A stretch of DNA of 64,000 bases from positions 667,673-731,672 of the forward strand of contig MU006101.1 of the NCBI GenBank assembly GCA_010093705.1. Reading direction: 5' to 3'. This DNA comes from Patellaria atrata CBS 101060. Its lineage: Eukaryota. Under the pieces are notes generated by a model. That model was not told the DNA's origin. It saw only the letters and a program-made list of their open reading frames with translations, and ran no database searches. Position numbers and translations under genes: made by a program. This document shows positions 61,721-64,000 of the stretch, piece by piece (positions within the stretch are counted from its first letter, which is position 1; every line of letters starts with the position of its first letter).

Positions 61721-64000
61721 ATGGTCGGCATGACTTCCGCCGCCGGCCTTGTCGGTTTCCTTTCTGAGCCTGATAACTCCCTTCAGTCATTTGCCCTACA
61801 ACGTCTGAACGACGGTATCGAGTTACTATGGCCCGAGGTAGCAGGATCTATAGATAAGATGCATGTTTTCTCTTCTTTACTAGTCTGCTGTGTTCGGGCA
61901 ATAGTGAGCCCTTCCATAGCGTCAAATCCATGCCTCGTGCGCTTCAGATACGACAAAGTTAATTTTGCCTCCTTCATTTTGCTAACGGATGTCAAATCTA
62001 GTGAGGCTCTCTATGAAGATGACTCTTTTCCCGAGCGGGAACTCGCCGCACTGGTGGCCGCAAAGGTATATTACCAATTACAGGAGTACAATGAGAGTAT
62101 GGTATTCGCCCTCGGAGCTGGCAAGCTTTTTGACCTTGATCATCCCGGGGAATTTGAAGAAACAATACTTGGTATGTTCTGACCATTCTTCACAAGCTTC
62201 TAAATCTGTCAAATGGCTGATGGGATGATAGCAAAATGCTTCGACACTTATATCGCGCTTTCAGCAATGCACAATCCTATAACACCAGCAAGCGCTGCGA
62301 ATCAGCAGCCTCCACAGCTTACCACTTCCTTTCCTCCCAACGCAAATGGTAGCGCCAGCACTGCTGCGGGTCTGACATCCCCAACAACACCATTCTCACA
62401 GTCAACCTTGCCTTCCAAGTCACTATTATCGCGGCAAGAGTCCACATCGTTCGATCCATCTCAACCGGGTGGGGGAAATGCAGGAATGGTTGGCGCACAC
62501 CCAGCACCTTTAGCGCTGAATAGAAGTATTCAAAAAAGCTTACAAGCCATCATCAAACGAGTCTTCGAAAACTGTTATCGAATTGGTGCCTACAAGCAAG
62601 TCGTGGGAATAGCGATAGAAGCCCGCAATTTGGATGTTCTCAAAGAGGCAATTTTAAGAGCAAGCCAAGATGAAAAAGCAAAAGGGAAGAAAGCCTCCAC
62701 CGGCGCTACCAGCAAGAACGAGGATCTCATGGAATATGTTTTGGATATTTGCATGAATCTGGTGCAGGAAAGGGGTTTCAGGAATGAGGTAAGGCCTGAG
62801 GCATACCGGCACTTCGTCATAGCACCATATTTGATGCTAACATGGAACAGATCTTAGGGCTCATCCTAGATATGTTACACGATATCCCAAGCCCAGACTA
62901 TTTCGCCATCGCTAAATGTGTAGTGTACCTTGATCAGCACTCCATGGCATCAAATATGTTACGAAAGCTGGTTGAAGAAGGCGATCCTAAATCCTTAGCA
63001 ATTGCGTACCAGTTGTCCTTCGATCTGTACGATAATGGGACTCAGGAGTTTCTCTCAGATGTCATGATTGAGCTACCAGAAACTGAAGAGGAGACGGATT
63101 CGACGGCACTTCCCCATGCTAATGGTGACGCAAAGAAAACTCTGGAAAGGACAGGGGAGAACCAACCATTGCTCTCTGAGATTGGTACCTCAGATGGAGG
63201 TCCGAATACAGCAACTATGGTTTCCCGGACAAAGGCTAAAGAACCAACGGAGGAAGAGAAAAAGCGGTTCGCATCAATACGATATATACTACGTGGCACC
63301 AAGACCATTGAGTTGAACCTTGAGTTCCTGTACAGAAGTAATCATTCCGATCGGAACATTCTAAATAAGCTTCGTGATAGTTTGGAAGCGAGAAATTCCA
63401 TATTCCATACCGGCGTCACATTTGCCAATGCGTTCATGAACTGCGGGACGACAAATGATTCGTTCTTCAGGGACAATCTTGAATGGCTTGGTAAAGCTGT
63501 AAACTGGTCGAAATTCACTGCGACAGCAGCTCTCGGAGTGATTCATAAGGGTAACCTCAGTCAGGGGCAAAAGCTTCTCGAGCCTTATCTTCCAAAAGCC
63601 AACAACGTCTCGGGCTCAGCATACAGTCAAGGTGGATCTTTATATGCCCTTGGTCTAATATACTCGAACCATGGAACCGATGTCTTACCATACTTACAAA
63701 GTCAATTCTCCAACGCTTCCGAAGAGGTTGTCCATCACGGCGGTGCTCTTGGTCTTGGTCTAGCTGGTATGGCAACCGGGTCTGAAGATATCTACGGTAG
63801 CCTCAGAACTGTCCTATATAGTGACTCTGCTGTTTCCGGAGAAGCAGTCGGTTTATCCATGGGGCTTGTTATGCTAGGTACGGGAGACACAAGCTCGCTG
63901 GAAGATATGATTCAATATGCGCATGATACACAACACGAGAAAATTGTTCGCGGACTTGCCATGGGCATGGCTCTCATTATGTATGCGCGCCAAGAAGCTG
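61721..64000 (+). CDS. RPN2: 26S proteasome regulatory subunit Rpn2/PSMD1; runs off the window end
   Basis: TSAAGLVGFLSEP, RELAALVAAKVYYQL, ALGAGKLFD, PDYFAIAKC, FFRDNLEWLGKAVNWSKFTATAALGVIHKG and PC repeats. Introns at about 61861-62001, 62172-62231 and 62789-62850. Confidence 0.96.

Noticed and set aside
1..64000. CRISPR arrays, rRNA, intact transposons or Starship captain genes
   Set aside because: I saw no repeat-spacer arrays, rRNA signatures, transposase/RT/tyrosine-recombinase motifs or paired terminal repeats.

Overview
This is eukaryotic, intron-containing DNA from a filamentous ascomycete (Pezizomycotina, possibly Dothideomycetes). Most of it is a dense block of core genes: TSC2 (partial), CSE1, Byr4, XRCC4-like, Ebp1-like, GH47 mannosidase, TAD3, an F-box-like gene, a WW-domain protein, a DAO-family oxidoreductase, CENP-C, RNase H2A, a GNAT, COG1, an MDR reductase, a DHA1 MFS transporter, QCR10, proteasome alpha-5, an AA9 LPMO, CET1 and RPN2 (partial). 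Two pseudogenes are present: a homocysteine S-methyltransferase, and an 8.7-kb DUF6606/DUF3638-type giant gene with about 20 lesions in a gene-poor tract (about 41-53 kb). The most intriguing unexplained element is a candidate RNA polymerase III gene on the minus strand at about 21.34-21.55 kb. It has TATA, A box, B box, a structured body, a cUACGg hairpin and oligo-T terminators, but it does not fold as a tRNA. A second unexplained signal is a set of roughly 1-kb GC-rich islands where strand skew flips abruptly from C/A-rich to G/T-rich. Protein calls come from motif recognition by eye; no database searches were run, and exon boundaries are manual.
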